A stretch of DNA of 64,000 nucleotides from the NCBI RefSeq assembly GCF_037042905.1, contig NC_087245.1, positions 38,938,001 through 39,002,000 of the forward strand, in the 5' to 3' direction. The notes beneath the pieces were generated by a model. It made no database searches. It was not told where the DNA came from and worked only from the letters and a program-made list of their open reading frames with translations. The DNA is from Lytechinus pictus (taxonomy: Eukaryota). Shown here piece after piece: positions 1 through 13,228 of the stretch. The translations under genes were made by a program, and so were the position numbers. Every line of letters starts with the position of its first letter. The stretch's first letter is position 1.

Positions 1-135
1 ATAATTGGCCACAACCAATTCCATCCCCAGAACAAAGAAATTACAATGTGGAATGTCGTATTGATTGGGGTTTACTCTGCCAATAACCACAACAAAGAAA
101 AGGGTTGCTCTGTCATTGCCTCCCACAATCCTTAA

Positions 136-718
136 AGGGGAATGAAACCGTTGGAACAAGTGGGCTTGTGTGGAAAGAGGAAAATCAAAGAATAAGATCA
201 AAGAAAGTTTGAGAAAAATCAGACAAATAATGAGAAAATTACGAGCATTTGAATATTGCGATCACTAATTAATGCTATGGAGATCCTTCAATTGGCAATG
301 CGACAAAGATGTGTGATATCACATGTGAACAACTTTCCCTGTGAGGGACTATAAAATACCCCTAAAATGTCCCTTTTTGCTCTTTCTTATGGTGATACAA
401 ACTCTTTATCCATAATGTATTCTTTAAAACTCTGTATTACATGCCCTCTTATTGAAAGAATACATGATCTACTGATAGATGTGATAAAAAAGCATTTTAA
501 GTGAAATATATAGAAAAGTAATGGGAAAGTTGTTCAGAAGTGACATCACACATCTTTGTTGCATTGCCAACTGAGGATCTACATTATGATAATGATCTAA
601 ACTTCAAATGCTCATAACTTTCTTATTACTTATTCAATTTTTCTCAAACTTTTGTTGATCTGTTTCTTTTATTTTTGTGTTTTAACACAGGTATCTTGTT
701 TCAGGGGTTAATTTTCCT
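136..718. mobile_element. Kolobok-like non-autonomous DNA transposon (MITE)
   Basis: TTAA at 132-135 and 719-722 flanking AGGGGAA...TTTTCCT termini; long imperfect inverted arms (gatgtgtgatatcac / gtgacatcacacatc). A truncated relative ends at 18458 (CCCCT-TTAA). Confidence 0.75.
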
Positions 719-2689
719 TTAATCTATTTGGAACTGTGTTTTGCATTTAAATTAAATCTTCACTTCTCTCTTCCTCTCTCTCTCCCCCTCTCTCTGGGCT
801 TGCAATTTTTATATATGTAGCCGGGTACGGCCACTTTTTACCATAGGGCACAAATCTTCAAGGTCTCTGACAGGGTACCAAAACTGCAAGCTACAAAAGG
901 TATACGTTTACATTGCTAATATAGCCTTGATAATATGCAGGCCTTGTCAGAGCATCCACACACACACACACCTACCCACCCACACCTTCATTAAGACACA
1001 CATAGTTACATGTACTTACTCTTTTCATTATTTTTACTAAAAAGTATGAAAGAAACTAACTTGATTTGATATTCGATATTGAATCCTTCCTCTCAACATG
1101 TACTTTTTAACAATTTTTTGTCTTCAAATATTAAAATTGAGACTGTTGAATACAGGGATGGAGCCAGGGTATAGTGTCATGTGGTCAAAATGACCGACAT
1201 ATAAAAGTGATGCCCTTTTAAAATGATACAGGAAATAATTATGGAGTGTCACGAACCTAACTTCAAATGTTGATATTCTCTTCTCTTCCTCTTTTCCTTT
1301 TCCCTCTCTCTTTCTGCTTTTTCCTCTGTCTTCAACATATTCTTCATAGCAAAGAACTCTTTGTGTGAATAGCTTTGCATTTGTTCAGTGATTATGTTTA
1401 TATCAATAATATGATTTCGACCTTTTTGTTCCTTCTCGTTTTTCTTGTATACATACACATATATGAATAAGTCAACAATATTTCCTTCATTTCCAAGGGG
1501 ATTCACACATTACAAGCTTTGCTTTTAGTGGACCCCCCTCATTTCCATTGATGCTCAATATAATACTGTTTTTTGTTTTACAAAGTAAGAATGCTCGTCT
1601 GTAAAATTGTACTTGATTTATATTACTTTATATTACTTTGTATCATGTTTTAAATGGAAATGGAATAAGGAATTGAATTGAATTGAATTTTCATCACTAT
1701 TTAGTGTTTTATTTTCTTTACAATACTTGAAAGAATCATTGGAGGCAGACGGCTCATGCCAAGCATCACCCAAGCCCCTCCCCCATGAACCCCCAAGCCT
1801 ACCCCCCCCTCCTTCCCTTGCTTTTAGCACCAACCTGTATCTGTAGTCTCACAAAATTTAATTCTTTACTGTCTCACTCAATTCCTTACATGTTTTACTA
1901 CCAAAAATGAGGTATCCAAAATTTAAAATTCAATTCAATCACACGTGTTTAGTCGTACAAAAATAACCAAAACACCAAAGCTAAACTTGTATTATGATAT
2001 AAAATTTCTGTCTCTGTTCAATTCTGATTAGATATGAAAATGGTGAAATGAACATATACATACATGTATCTATGCATTCAACACTGCAGTGTGTTAATAC
2101 AAACCCTACAATGGAGCCGGAGACCCCCTTAAACCCTTCATTGATTGATTGATTTTTGTTACATCATTGTCCTCATAGAAAACTGCCTTTAAAAACATGT
2201 GTGCCATCCAACCACAGACCGGTGTAATAACGGCCCACTAATTAACACACGGTCATCCATCCGGAGAGAGTGGGGGAAGAGATGTAATGACAATGTTACC
2301 AATTATTATAATTACTACCTGAATGAAATGGCCATAGCTGTATAAAATGGGTTTAAGGTGTTTTTTGTTGTTGTTAGTTTCAGCTCTTGGGTATTACATG
2401 AAGGATATTGGATCTTGACGTTTATCACAGAATGCCAAATTTATTTTCAGTACAGCATTAAGTTATTGGCATTTAAATCAAGCATCACCGCTGCTAAATA
2501 CTGCTACCTTTATCACTCTTCTTTGTCTATCCCGGTATTAGACAGAAGAATGACAAAGGTAACAATGGAAGAAGGGGTGGTTGCAGCTGGTAGCAGTACA
2601 AGCATTATCACAGAGTAGTTGTAAAGAAGGTGTGATATAATACACAAGATTTAAATACATGACATGTATAATGATAGCATGAGTATAGT

Positions 2690-3346
2690 AGAGAGTAGTA
2701 TAGCAACATTTGTAGAAGTAGAAGTAGTAGTAATTGTTGCTGTTGTTGTAACTGTGTATACAACTACTACTACTAATCATAGTATAGTAGTAGTAGTAGT
2801 AGTAATAGTAGCAGTAGCAATGTAGTAGTAGTAGTGAGATTAGTCGTAGTAGTAGAAGTAATAGTAATAGTACTAGAGGCTGTATAAGTAGTATTAGTAG
2901 TAGTCTTCTTCTTGTGGGGTCACTACACAAGACCTGTCCAGTGGAGGGTAGGCAGTAGTAGTAGTAGTAGTAGTAGTAGTCAGTGGCCGCGGAACTGTTT
3001 TCAAAGTGGGGGGCTGAGCCAAAAGTGGGGGGGGGCTGACCATGCAAAAAAAATCACAATTATATGGTCACTTTTACATTTTCGTACATGGTTTTGGAAA
3101 AAAGCGGGGGGCTGAAGCCCCCCCCCCCCCCGCTTCCGCGGCCCCTGGTAGTAGTAGTAGTAGTAATAGTAGTAGTTGTTGTAGTAGTAGTAGTAATAGT
3201 AGTAGTTGTTGTAGTAGTAGTAGTAGTTGAAGGAATAGGAGTAGTAGTAAGGGGTCTAGTAGTCATTGTGGTAGAAGTAGTAGCAGTAGTGACAGTATTA
3301 ATACTATAGTAGAAGTAGTAGTAGTAATAGTAGTAGAAGTAGAAGA

Positions 3347-3399
<53 letters not shown>

Positions 3400-3648
3400 A
3401 AGACGTATGTAGTAGTAGTAATACTAGTAGACAAAGTAGTAGTAGTAGTAGACATAATTGTAGTAGTAGTAGAAGTAAGAGCTGTCGTAGTAGTAGTAGT
3501 AGTAGTAGAAGACGTATGTAGTAGTAGTAATACTAGTAGACGAAGTAGTAGTAGTAGTAGTAGACATAATTGTAGTAGTAGTAGAAGTAAGAGCTGTCGT
3601 AGTAGTAGTACTAGTGGTTGTATTATTATCATTAGTAGTAGTAGTACT

Positions 3649-3680
<32 letters not shown>

Positions 3681-3684
3681 ATAT

Positions 3685-3737
<53 letters not shown>

Positions 3738-3741
3738 ATAT

Positions 3742-3782
<41 letters not shown>

Positions 3783-3783
3783 A

Positions 3784-3849
<66 letters not shown>

Positions 3850-3970
3850 AAGACGTATGTAGTAGTAGTAATACTGGTAGACGAAGTAGTAGTAGTAGTA
3901 GACATAATTGTAGTAGTAGTAGAAGTAAAAGCTGTCGTAGTAGTAGTACTAGTGGTTGTATTATTATCAT

Positions 3971-4005
<35 letters not shown>

Positions 4006-4009
4006 ATAT

Positions 4010-4079
<70 letters not shown>

Positions 4080-4096
4080 TGTTGTTGTTGTTGTTG
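2690..4096. repeat. (TAG)n microsatellite array with higher-order duplicated cassettes
   Basis: Long GTA/TAG runs; the cassette agaagacgtatg...gacataattg...gctgtcg occurs three times (about 3398, 3507 and 3847). Confidence 0.95.
2981..3147. mobile_element. Short GC-rich MITE inserted in the TAG microsatellite
   Basis: TIRs CAGTGGCCGCGGAA / TTCCGCGGCCCCTG; second family copy at 41393-41553. Confidence 0.75.
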
Positions 4097-4929
4097 TAAG
4101 ATAATAATAATTGCAAGATGGCTTTAGTATATGACGAACACTCATAAATTGAGGACTGACAATTCAGTAAACTATATCATTATGAAAATAAATTATCAAG
4201 TGAAGTTCATAATGAATTGTTTATTAATGATTATTAATATATGTCAACAATTAAATTGTTAAGATTCTAGGTGCAATATGGTTTAAAGAAACAGCCAAAA
4301 TTCTGCAGGTCAATCTGCATGTCGACTAATTTTATTCAAATATTGAAAGGGAGATGTTCAGGCATAATTCAATGCATGGCTGAAAGCTGGTACTACTGAC
4401 ATAAAATTGTTATTGTACACATTGCAAGCTTAGCTATTGTACAATAACTGAATATTGATCGGGAAAAGATGCGGTGATCCATATATTAGCATTCCCTCCG
4501 CTTCCATACACGCAAGAATGTATTGCACTCATTCTTGCCTCCCATGCAACGCTGTACAATGAATGGATGCACTCGCGCCGCGTTGTATATGCAGAGCTAC
4601 TGTACTGGACGGCATCCACCAACCGGGATCTACCAGTTTGATGGCGCGCCCGTTGATATAAAACGAATGGAAAACGGACGAGTAAAATACCAACATAAAA
4701 TCACCGCTTTGTACATAAATTGCATTTTCCATTAATAAATTATTCAATTAGGTTTTAAATGAGTTTGGATCTCGACATGTCAAGCCTTATCTTGAACTTA
4801 CAAGCTTTTTTATTTAGACTGTTTCGCCAAAATGCACGCGCGAGGAGGATGCGGGTTCCTTCATAATTATGGGTGCAGAACAAGTGGTCGTAATAAGTTG
4901 AACATCATAGTATTCATACTGCGACTTAC

Positions 4930-5135
4930 CGAATTAGTTTGGCTTCTTTCTCCTCCTCGTTCTTCTGCCTGTCCAAAACAGCCATAATTTGCTGCCTTTC
5001 CTCCTCTGTTAGATGACTTAAATCCAGATCGGGTAAAACCGGTGTTGATGGAGCGGCAGGCATCGTTGGACCGGGCGGGGATGGTCCCGGTGTAGGGGCG
5101 GCAGCGGGCTTGCTCATAGATTGCGGAGAAGCCAT
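4930..5135 (-). CDS. RIMS2: First coding exon of RIM (Rab3-interacting molecule, regulating synaptic membrane exocytosis; RIMS1/2-unc-10 family), 3'-partial
   Basis: MASPQ...PVLPDLDLSHLTEEERQQIMAVLDRQKNEEEKE matches the RIM Rab-binding helix motif (DLSHLTEEERxxIxxVxxRQKxEEEKE). ATG in AAAAATGG context; donor CG|GTAAGT at 4929 (phase 2). Probably co-orthologous to RIMS1/2. Confidence 0.85.
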
Positions 5136-5600
5136 TTTTGCCGCACAATTCGCTGTCCCTGTCAGCCAAAACGGCTATATAAGTGTCCCCTATTATCACT
5201 TGAATCCTCGTCAATGCTTTATCCGTTCCATGCTTGATTTATTGCCATTTTCAGCCGATACATCTGGCACAGCATAGCAGGGCACTCTCGCCCTTCACCA
5301 TTCATCTTCAGTAGACGAAAAAAGACATTCACTCGATCGTAACTAGTTACGCACACATCGTGCATACGATCAGCATTAGAGCCCACGCATTCTTTTCTTC
5401 TGGACGCCGACGCACACACAGAGCTAGAGAGCGAGCTCTCATTTCGATTCCTCTTCTCACTGAAATATTCATAAATTCGGTGTTCATGTTCATCAATAAT
5501 TCATCACGTGTTCGCGTGTTGCCAATTAAGTTTGGACGCGTACATTCTACTCGCAGGGGTAACAGCCCCAACGCTTTCGAGGGGATTTAATATTAGCTAA
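5136..5600 (-). promoter_or_regulatory. CpG-enriched 5'UTR/promoter region of the RIM gene
   Basis: Repeat-free, CpG-rich block upstream of the ATG; TATA-like TTATATAG at about 5175-5182 on the minus strand; TSS not determinable. Confidence 0.45.
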
Positions 5601-6172
5601 ATGACAAGTGTCCGTTTTTTTACATATATATTAAAGGAAAAAGACCATTTAACTATTAAAATCGTATTGACATTTATTTTGCATATTTTTTAATCTAATG
5701 GTTGGCCTACATTGGATTTCAATCTACACATTTTAAATCAAACCAAAATATATGGTTCAATTTTGTTTTTGTTTTCTAACATAAAAACAAGAAACCTTTT
5801 TATTTATTATTGTAACAGAATAATTGTTCATAAAAAAGCTCAAACATTTGAGGGGGATCCAAATGTATTCATGCTAGCTACAATTATTTTTCATTTTTTA
5901 TTTTCAAGCTGAGTCGAATAATTTATCCTCAACTAATAACAAATGAAAATAAATTTGGATATAGGCGGATCCAGGGCAGTCAAACTGCCCCCACCCCCTT
6001 ATTGATGGCACCCCCAAAAGGGGAGAGGGAAAATGAAAAAGAGGGGGAGAAAAAAAAAAAAAATTAATAGGACGAATCTTTTTTTTTTTAACTAAGGCGA
6101 GGGGTAGAAAGGGAAATAGCCAATCTCTCAGATCATCAATATTAATATTCGCTCACACTTTGCGCTCACATC

Positions 6173-6498
6173 CATGGGCGGAAATCCCAGGGGGGGACAG
6201 GGGGACGTGTCCCCCGTACTCAAAATAGTAGGGGGGACACAACATCAAATGTCCCCCCTACTATTTGTGGTCTTTTATGATGGTAAGAAATACATCATTC
6301 AAATCGAAATAAAACATGTATTTTAGGGCGAGATAACCTTACTTTTGGGATGCTAACCTTTTTTTTTTGCTTGTCAAATTCATTTATGTCGAAATGACCT
6401 TAAATTTGGGGTGATAACCTTCTTTTTTTTTTTTTTTGCTTGTCAAATTTTCCGGCCCCTTGTCCCCCCCTACCTTTCGGGAGAGATTTCCGCCCCTG
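6173..6498. mobile_element. hAT-like MITE
   Basis: TIRs CATGGGCGGAAATC / GATTTCCGCCCCTG; degenerate 8-bp flanks ctcacatc / ctgacatt; inverted family copy at about 57654-58022. Confidence 0.7.
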
Positions 6499-7406
6499 CT
6501 GACATTGATTGTTTAATGAGATACACATCTTGTTCAAGGTGACTAAATGGCGCTCAACATATCCCGGTTTTGAAATCAAGAAGGAAAAGAAATAATATCC
6601 TGTTTTTGGTATTTTGAAGTCAATATGCAAGAAAACTAAAACAGTATCTACGCTCGTACATCGATCGAGGTTCATTGTTTTATTTTTTATTTATCTATTT
6701 TTTTATTACGTCCTGGGCATAATTTTCAATAAAATTTCGTGTTTTCAGGTCTCAATGTAAGAAATTTGTAGCTCGCACTCGCATTGTTTGATTGTGAGCT
6801 ACCTACCCTCTTCATGATTTCTTACAGAAAGTTATAGAAAATAAATCTGTCCGATTGTCAAAACTTATCAGCTTGTGCTGCATGCTGGAATTTTGATTTG
6901 TGAGATATAGATCCGTTTGATGACTTCTTATGGAAAGTTATCAAAATACCCCCTTTTTTCGTATATGAAAACTCTCGCATTCATTGTATAGTTACATAGA
7001 CCTACGCATCTTGTACATGTTAAAAAAAGTGCAAGGAATGTTCCTTTCAGATCTAAATATATATTTTTTTAAATAAGAAATCAGAACGCATTACTCGCAC
7101 TCGCATTAGGCCTATTGATCAATATGACACCAATCCAATGCATGGATTTCTTACAAAGTAGTCCGTGCAATGTTGTTGTTTTTTGCGATTATTAAAATAG
7201 AATGATTCCAGTATCTAAATCTAAAAAAACAAAACAAGAACAGCTCGTGCTTCGCGCTCGCATTATCTAGAGTGACCTTAGAGGATACTTTATTTGTTAA
7301 AAGTTAAGCTAAAATAAAAACCTTCTTTTCACAGACGATCTGAAATTAGACATACTCAACTGTATCAACACCTATCAGAAAGAAATATTTTGGTGGAATA
7401 TATATG

Positions 7407-8047
7407 CAGGGGCGGATCCAGCCTTCACCAATAGGGGGGGGGCGATTTTTTTTTCAGCCACATTTTCCCTGATCGGCCGCTCAAAGTTGCTTTGTGTTTG
7501 TTTGAAGGGGTAGTCCTAATAGTCACAATGCGAGCGTACAGCACTTAGATGATACGTTTTGACAATCTGACCTGAATAGGTATATTTGGAGTACTTTATG
7601 GAATACAGGAAAATAATAGGTACCTGACAAATCGAATTTTGCGAGCGCGCAGCGCGAGCAGAAAATGCTTATATTTAGACCTTGAAACAGAGCACTTTCT
7701 AAAAAAAATTTTTTTTTAATAAAACAAAAAAAAAAAGTTCGATTTCCGAGCTGAAATGTGTTTTTTATATTGACTTCAAAAGTTGACATTTTAAGCTCAT
7801 ATTGAGCAAGATATGCAAATCACTTAAAAGGCAATGCGAGCGAGAAGCGCAAGCGAAAATTTAAGATTTTTCAAAAAAAAATTCCAAGTCTTCCCCTCAT
7901 CTTATTTAATTCACTCGTCTTCCTCCTCTTAAATTCCCCCTTCTCTTTTCCCTTCTTTTTCTTTTGTTTTTCTTTCTTTCCTTTTGTTTTTGTTCCGCCA
8001 ATAAGGGGGGGGGGGGGCGGCCCCCTCGGCCCCCCTGGATCCGCCTG
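7407..8047. mobile_element. hAT-like MITE with perfect 8-bp TSD
   Basis: Termini CAGGGGCGGATCCAG / CTGGATCCGCCTG; TATATATG on both sides (7399-7406, 8048-8055). Other GGCGGATCC ends lie at 5962, 8618 and about 8940. Confidence 0.8.
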
Positions 8048-9247
8048 TATATATGCGCATGGTGCAATTAGTTTTCCCATCTCGCATAATCTATGTATTG
8101 GTGAAAACTGGATTGTCAGGGGCGGCTGCATGATTTCAAGACAGAGTGGACCACATTAGCCGGGGTGTTATTGGTGAGTGATGAAGTGTAATTACCAATA
8201 CCGAGCGAGCGAAGCGGTACGGGATAGGACGCCTTATTTTAGTTTTATCTCAAAATTTATTCCCCCTTGTAAAATTTATATTATCTACTCCAGAAGCCGA
8301 GTTAACTCTTTGCACGCTGAATCTAATTTTTGGGGATAATAATGACAATTGTTTCCATGTTATTTTCTTTAATCCAAGATATCCATATTGCACCAATTAT
8401 AGCTATTAATTATTATTTTATAGATGTTTTCCAAGAACTACTGCCTTTTATTAGCTTATCTAATTTGAAGATAGGGGAGAAAACTAATTATTACAATATT
8501 GTTGAATTTAATTGTAGGAAAGTCCTTCTTTTTTTGGTGAAAAAAAAACTTTGCTTGTCAAATTTTCCCTCCGAAAAATGTGCCCCCCCCCTTTTAGAAA
8601 ATCCTGGATCCGCCCCTGTCACAGATATACATTGTGTAACAATGTAATTTGCATCTGCATGTATGATACCCATGCAGGACCTGTGATAGCGTTTCACGAT
8701 AAGACTGATGGAAATTTGACAGGTAAAAGAAAACACAAAAAACTTAAAGGTTTTCACCTAAGATCGGTGGACAATTCGTCAGCGGAAGATTTGAAAAGAA
8801 AAAAAAGGCCGGTCCTCACTATAACATGGGGAGGGGCACACTTGAGTAAAAGCGGTATATTTACATTAAAAGTTTGGATTATGGCTTTTAAAGGGGGCAA
8901 GGGCCGACTGTGTGCCCCCCCCCCCCCTGGATCCGCCAGTGCACGGATGGGGTTGTTACCCTCTTTCCGTATTGCAATTATCTGTAAGCAAGTGAGCATA
9001 CAGAACAAGCGAGAATATTTTTTTTTCATTTTGAATAAAGTGAACCGAAGTATAAGGTACGACAGATTATTGCAAAGTATGACGATTTGTAGACATCGTC
9101 ATCCACCCTTTAAAAAAAATCAGACATTATTTCTTGTTTCAGAGGAATGAGGCGACGCGAGGATACAATTTTCAGAGTAAAACTTTGATTTCATCACTTT
9201 TAACCGAATAGCATGACTCGTGTATTTACGCCCGTGGTAGTTGTAGT

Positions 9248-9287
9248 AGTAGTCGTGGTAGTAGGAGTAGAAATATTTTTAGTTGTA

Positions 9288-9336
<49 letters not shown>

Positions 9337-9350
9337 TAGTGGTAGTAGTG

Positions 9351-9405
<55 letters not shown>

Positions 9406-9797
9406 TAGTGGTGGTAGTAGAAGGAGTAGTAGTAGTAGTAGTAGTAGTAGGAGTAGTGGTAGTAGTGGTAGTAGTAGTGGTAGTAGTGGTAGTAGTGGTA
9501 GTAGTAGTGGTAGTAGGAAGAGTAGTAGTAGTAGCAGCTGTAGTAGGAGGAGGAGGAGTAGTGGTAGTATTGGTAGTAGTGGTAGTAGTAGCAGCAGTAG
9601 TAACAGTAGTAGCAGCAGTAGTAGCAGTAGTAGCAGCAGTAGCTGCAGTAGCAGTAGTAGTAGCAGCAGTAGTAGTAGTAGTAGTAGTAGTAGTAATAGT
9701 AGTGGTATTAGTGGTAGTAGTAGTAGTAGTAGTGGTAGTAGTGGTAGTAGAAGGAGTAGTAGTAGTAGTAGTAGTGGTAGTAGTAGTGGTAGTAGTG

Positions 9798-9828
<31 letters not shown>

Positions 9829-10152
9829 TAGTGGTAGTAGGGGGAGTAGTAGTAGTAGTTAGTAGTAGTAGTAGTAGTAGGAGGAGGAGTAGTAGTAGTA
9901 GTAGTAGTGGTAGTAGTGGTAGTAGTAGTAGTAGTAGTGTTAGTAGTAGTAGTAGTAGCAGAAGTAGTGCTAATAGTGGTAGTAGTGGTAGTAGTAGTAG
10001 TGGTAGTGGTGGTAGTAGTAGTAGTGGTGGTAGTAGTAGTGGTGGTAGTAGTGGTAGAAGTGGTAGTAGTGGTGGTAGTAGTGGTAGTAGTAGTGGTAGT
10101 AGTGGTAGTAGTAGTTGTAGTGGTAGTAGTAGTGGTAGTAGTGGTAATAGTG

Positions 10153-10186
<34 letters not shown>

Positions 10187-10249
10187 TAGTGGTAGTAGTA
10201 GTAGTAGTAGTAGTAGTAGGAGTAGTGGTAGTAGTAGTAGTAGTAGTAA

Positions 10250-10291
<42 letters not shown>

Positions 10292-10805
10292 CGGTGATGG
10301 TGGGTCAGTGGCGTGCACATGGGGGGCTTGGGGCGCTTGAGCCCCCCCCCCCCCCAATTTACGAGGACCCCCCCCCCCCCCCAAAGAAAATAGAATAAAA
10401 AAAGAGATGTTTGAAATATGATGAAATTGTTGCCTCATTACGCCATTAGTGGTGGTGGTAGTGGTAATAGCACTTACTCCAAGCCCGTACGAGCTATTTC
10501 AACTTGGTTCTCCCAGGAAAAAAAACGCCCAAAACGGTCAATATCAATCTTGCCAATTTTTTAATAACCTTTTCCAAGGGGAGTGATGAACTATAATTTG
10601 CTTTTGCACAGAATTTGAGATAAATATGAGACAAAACCTTACGAAATGTACAAGGGACGTTTTGAAATTAATCTATCAGTACATAGCGATATAAGATCCC
10701 TCTTTGCTATTCCGATTGGTACAACAAAGGACATTGTTTGGTTAAAGGCTAAGAGGATGATTGATAGTAGTCGTGGTAGTAGGAGTAGAAATATTTTTAG
10801 TTGTA

Positions 10806-10857
<52 letters not shown>

Positions 10858-10871
10858 TAGTGGTAGTAGTG

Positions 10872-10929
<58 letters not shown>

Positions 10930-11315
10930 TAGTGGTGGTAGTAGAAGGAGTAGTAGTAGTAGTAGTAGTAGGAGTAGTGGTAGTAGTGGTAGTAGTAGTG
11001 GTAGTAGTGGTAGTAGTGGTAGTAGTAGTGGTAGTAGGAAGAGTAGTAGTAGTAGCAGCTGTAGTAGGAGGAGGAGGAGTAGTGGTAGTATTGGTAGTAG
11101 TGGTAGTAGTAGCAGCAGTAGTAACAGTAGTAGCAGCAGTAGTAGCAGTAGTAGCAGCAGTAGCTGCAGTAGCAGTAGTAGTAGCAGCAGTAGTAGTAGT
11201 AGTAGTAGTAATAGTAGTGGTATTAGTGGTAGTAGTAGTAGTAGTAGTGGTAGTAGTGGTAGTAGAAGGAGTAGTAGTAGTAGTAGTAGTAGTGGTAGTA
11301 GTAGTGGTAGTAGTG

Positions 11316-11346
<31 letters not shown>

Positions 11347-11670
11347 TAGTGGTAGTAGGGGGAGTAGTAGTAGTAGTTAGTAGTAGTAGTAGTAGTAGGA
11401 GGAGGAGTAGTAGTAGTAGTAGTAGTGGTAGTAGTGGTAGTAGTAGTAGTAGTAGTGTTAGTAGTAGTAGTAGTAGCAGAAGTAGTGCTAATAGTGGTAG
11501 TAGTGGTAGTAGTAGTAGTGGTAGTGGTGGTAGTAGTAGTAGTGGTGGTAGTAGTAGTGGTGGTAGTAGTGGTAGAAGTGGTAGTAGTGGTGGTAGTAGT
11601 GGTAGTAGTAGTGGTAGTAGTGGTAGTAGTAGTTGTAGTGGTAGTAGTAGTGGTAGTAGTGGTAATAGTG

Positions 11671-11704
<34 letters not shown>

Positions 11705-11709
11705 TAGTG

Positions 11710-11740
<31 letters not shown>

Positions 11741-11770
11741 GAGTAGTGGTAGTAGTAGTAGTAGTAGTAA

Positions 11771-11812
<42 letters not shown>

Positions 11813-12280
11813 CGGTGATGGTGGGTCAGTGGCGTGCACATGGGGGGCTTGGGGCGCTTGAGCCCCCCCCCCCCCAATTTACGAGGACCCCCCCCCCAAA
11901 GAAAATAGAATAAAAAAAGAGATGTTTGAAATATGATGAAATTGTTGCCTCATTACGCCATTAGTGGTGGTGGTAGTGGTAATAGCACTTACTCCAAGCC
12001 CGTACGAGCTATTTCAACTTGGTTCTCCCAGGAAAAAAAACGCCCAAAACGGTCAATATCAATCTTGCCAATTTTTTAATAACCTTTTCCAAGGGGAGTG
12101 ATGAACTATAATTTGCTTTTGCACAGAATTTGAGATAAATATGAGACAAAACCTTACGAAATGTACAAGGGACGTTTTGAAATTAATCTATCAGTACATA
12201 GCGATATAAGATCCCTCTTTGCTATTCCGATTGGTACAACAAAGGACATTGTTTGGTTAAAGGCTAAGAGGATGATTGAT
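9248..12280. repeat. Tandem duplication of an about 1.52-kb unit (TAG/TGG microsatellite + MITE + unique DNA)
   Basis: Copy 1 is 9248-10765 and copy 2 is 10766-12280. The non-repetitive parts read as identical, and the differences seen are in repeat or homopolymer length. Confidence 0.92.
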
Positions 12281-12967
12281 GATGTTAATTACGAAATAAA
12301 CACTCAATCCTAAATTTTTGAAGAGGACTTACGTCATATCAACCTTTCTGACTATATCGGGTGCCTAGAAAACGGAAAACCAACTCTGATGCATTATAAT
12401 GAGAAAATGTGAAATCAGTGACAAGAATTCTATTATTTGAAAATAAAACTATTAAGAATTTCAATGATACCTTTATTAAGACTTTATGACCATGGATCAC
12501 TAAACTTGCTCGTTTTAAAAATGACTGCAAAATTCAAACACTAAACAAACGCAACTGATTTTTATTTCTATTAATAAAATGTATTGCTCATGATAGCATA
12601 TGATATTTGTATGTTTGTTAATATACATAACCTTACACAGTTCAGATCAGGGTATATGCGTGTGTCTCTGTGAATGTACTGTATCGGGGGGGGGGGGGGG
12701 TGATAATGTGTATAGGTGTGGTGGTCAACAGAGGGGCATGGGGTGCAATCAATACGCATTACAACCCATTGACGTAACCTTGATTCCTATATAACTCTTC
12801 AAATTTTGGAAGCATTGGTCATAATTCATAAAGTTAAAAAAAAATCATATTGTGCGACGCGACTGTCATTATTTCAAAGCCATCTACAGGCCACAATTTT
12901 ACAATAAAGGTAGTTAGGGTCATTTTCTTTAAAAAAATGGTTTTCATTTCTTTTGGGCGACAGACAT

Positions 12968-13228
12968 TTTTTCTTCTGCTTCTTCTCCACCTCCTTTCTT
13001 CTTCTTCTGCTGCTTCTTCTCCTCCCCCTCCTTTCTTCTCCTCCTCCTCTTTTCGTCTTCTCCTTCATTTTTATTCTTCCTTCTCCTTCTTTTCCTTCCT
13101 TCTCCTTCATCTTACTTCTTCTTCCTTCTCCTTCTTCTTTTCCTTCCTTCTCCTTCATCTTACTTCTTCTTCCTTCTCCTTCTTCTTTTCATTCCTTCTC
13201 CTTCTTCTTCTTCTCCTCCCTTCCCCTT
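12968..13228 (+). repeat. Polypyrimidine (CTT/CCT) low-complexity tract
   Basis: Almost purely C/T, with an internally repeated unit tccttccttctccttcatcttacttcttcttccttctccttc. Confidence 0.9.

Noticed and set aside
2538..4145. Poly-Y/T/S/L ORFs
   Set aside because: Microsatellite artefacts.
5150..5172. REST/RE1 site near the RIM start
   Set aside because: Only the GGACAGCG half matches; the TCAGCACC half is absent.
9200..11913. Long ORFs of 116-412 aa (poly-T/V/S/L/Y)
   Set aside because: Translations of TAG/TGG microsatellite in several frames; no splice or domain support.
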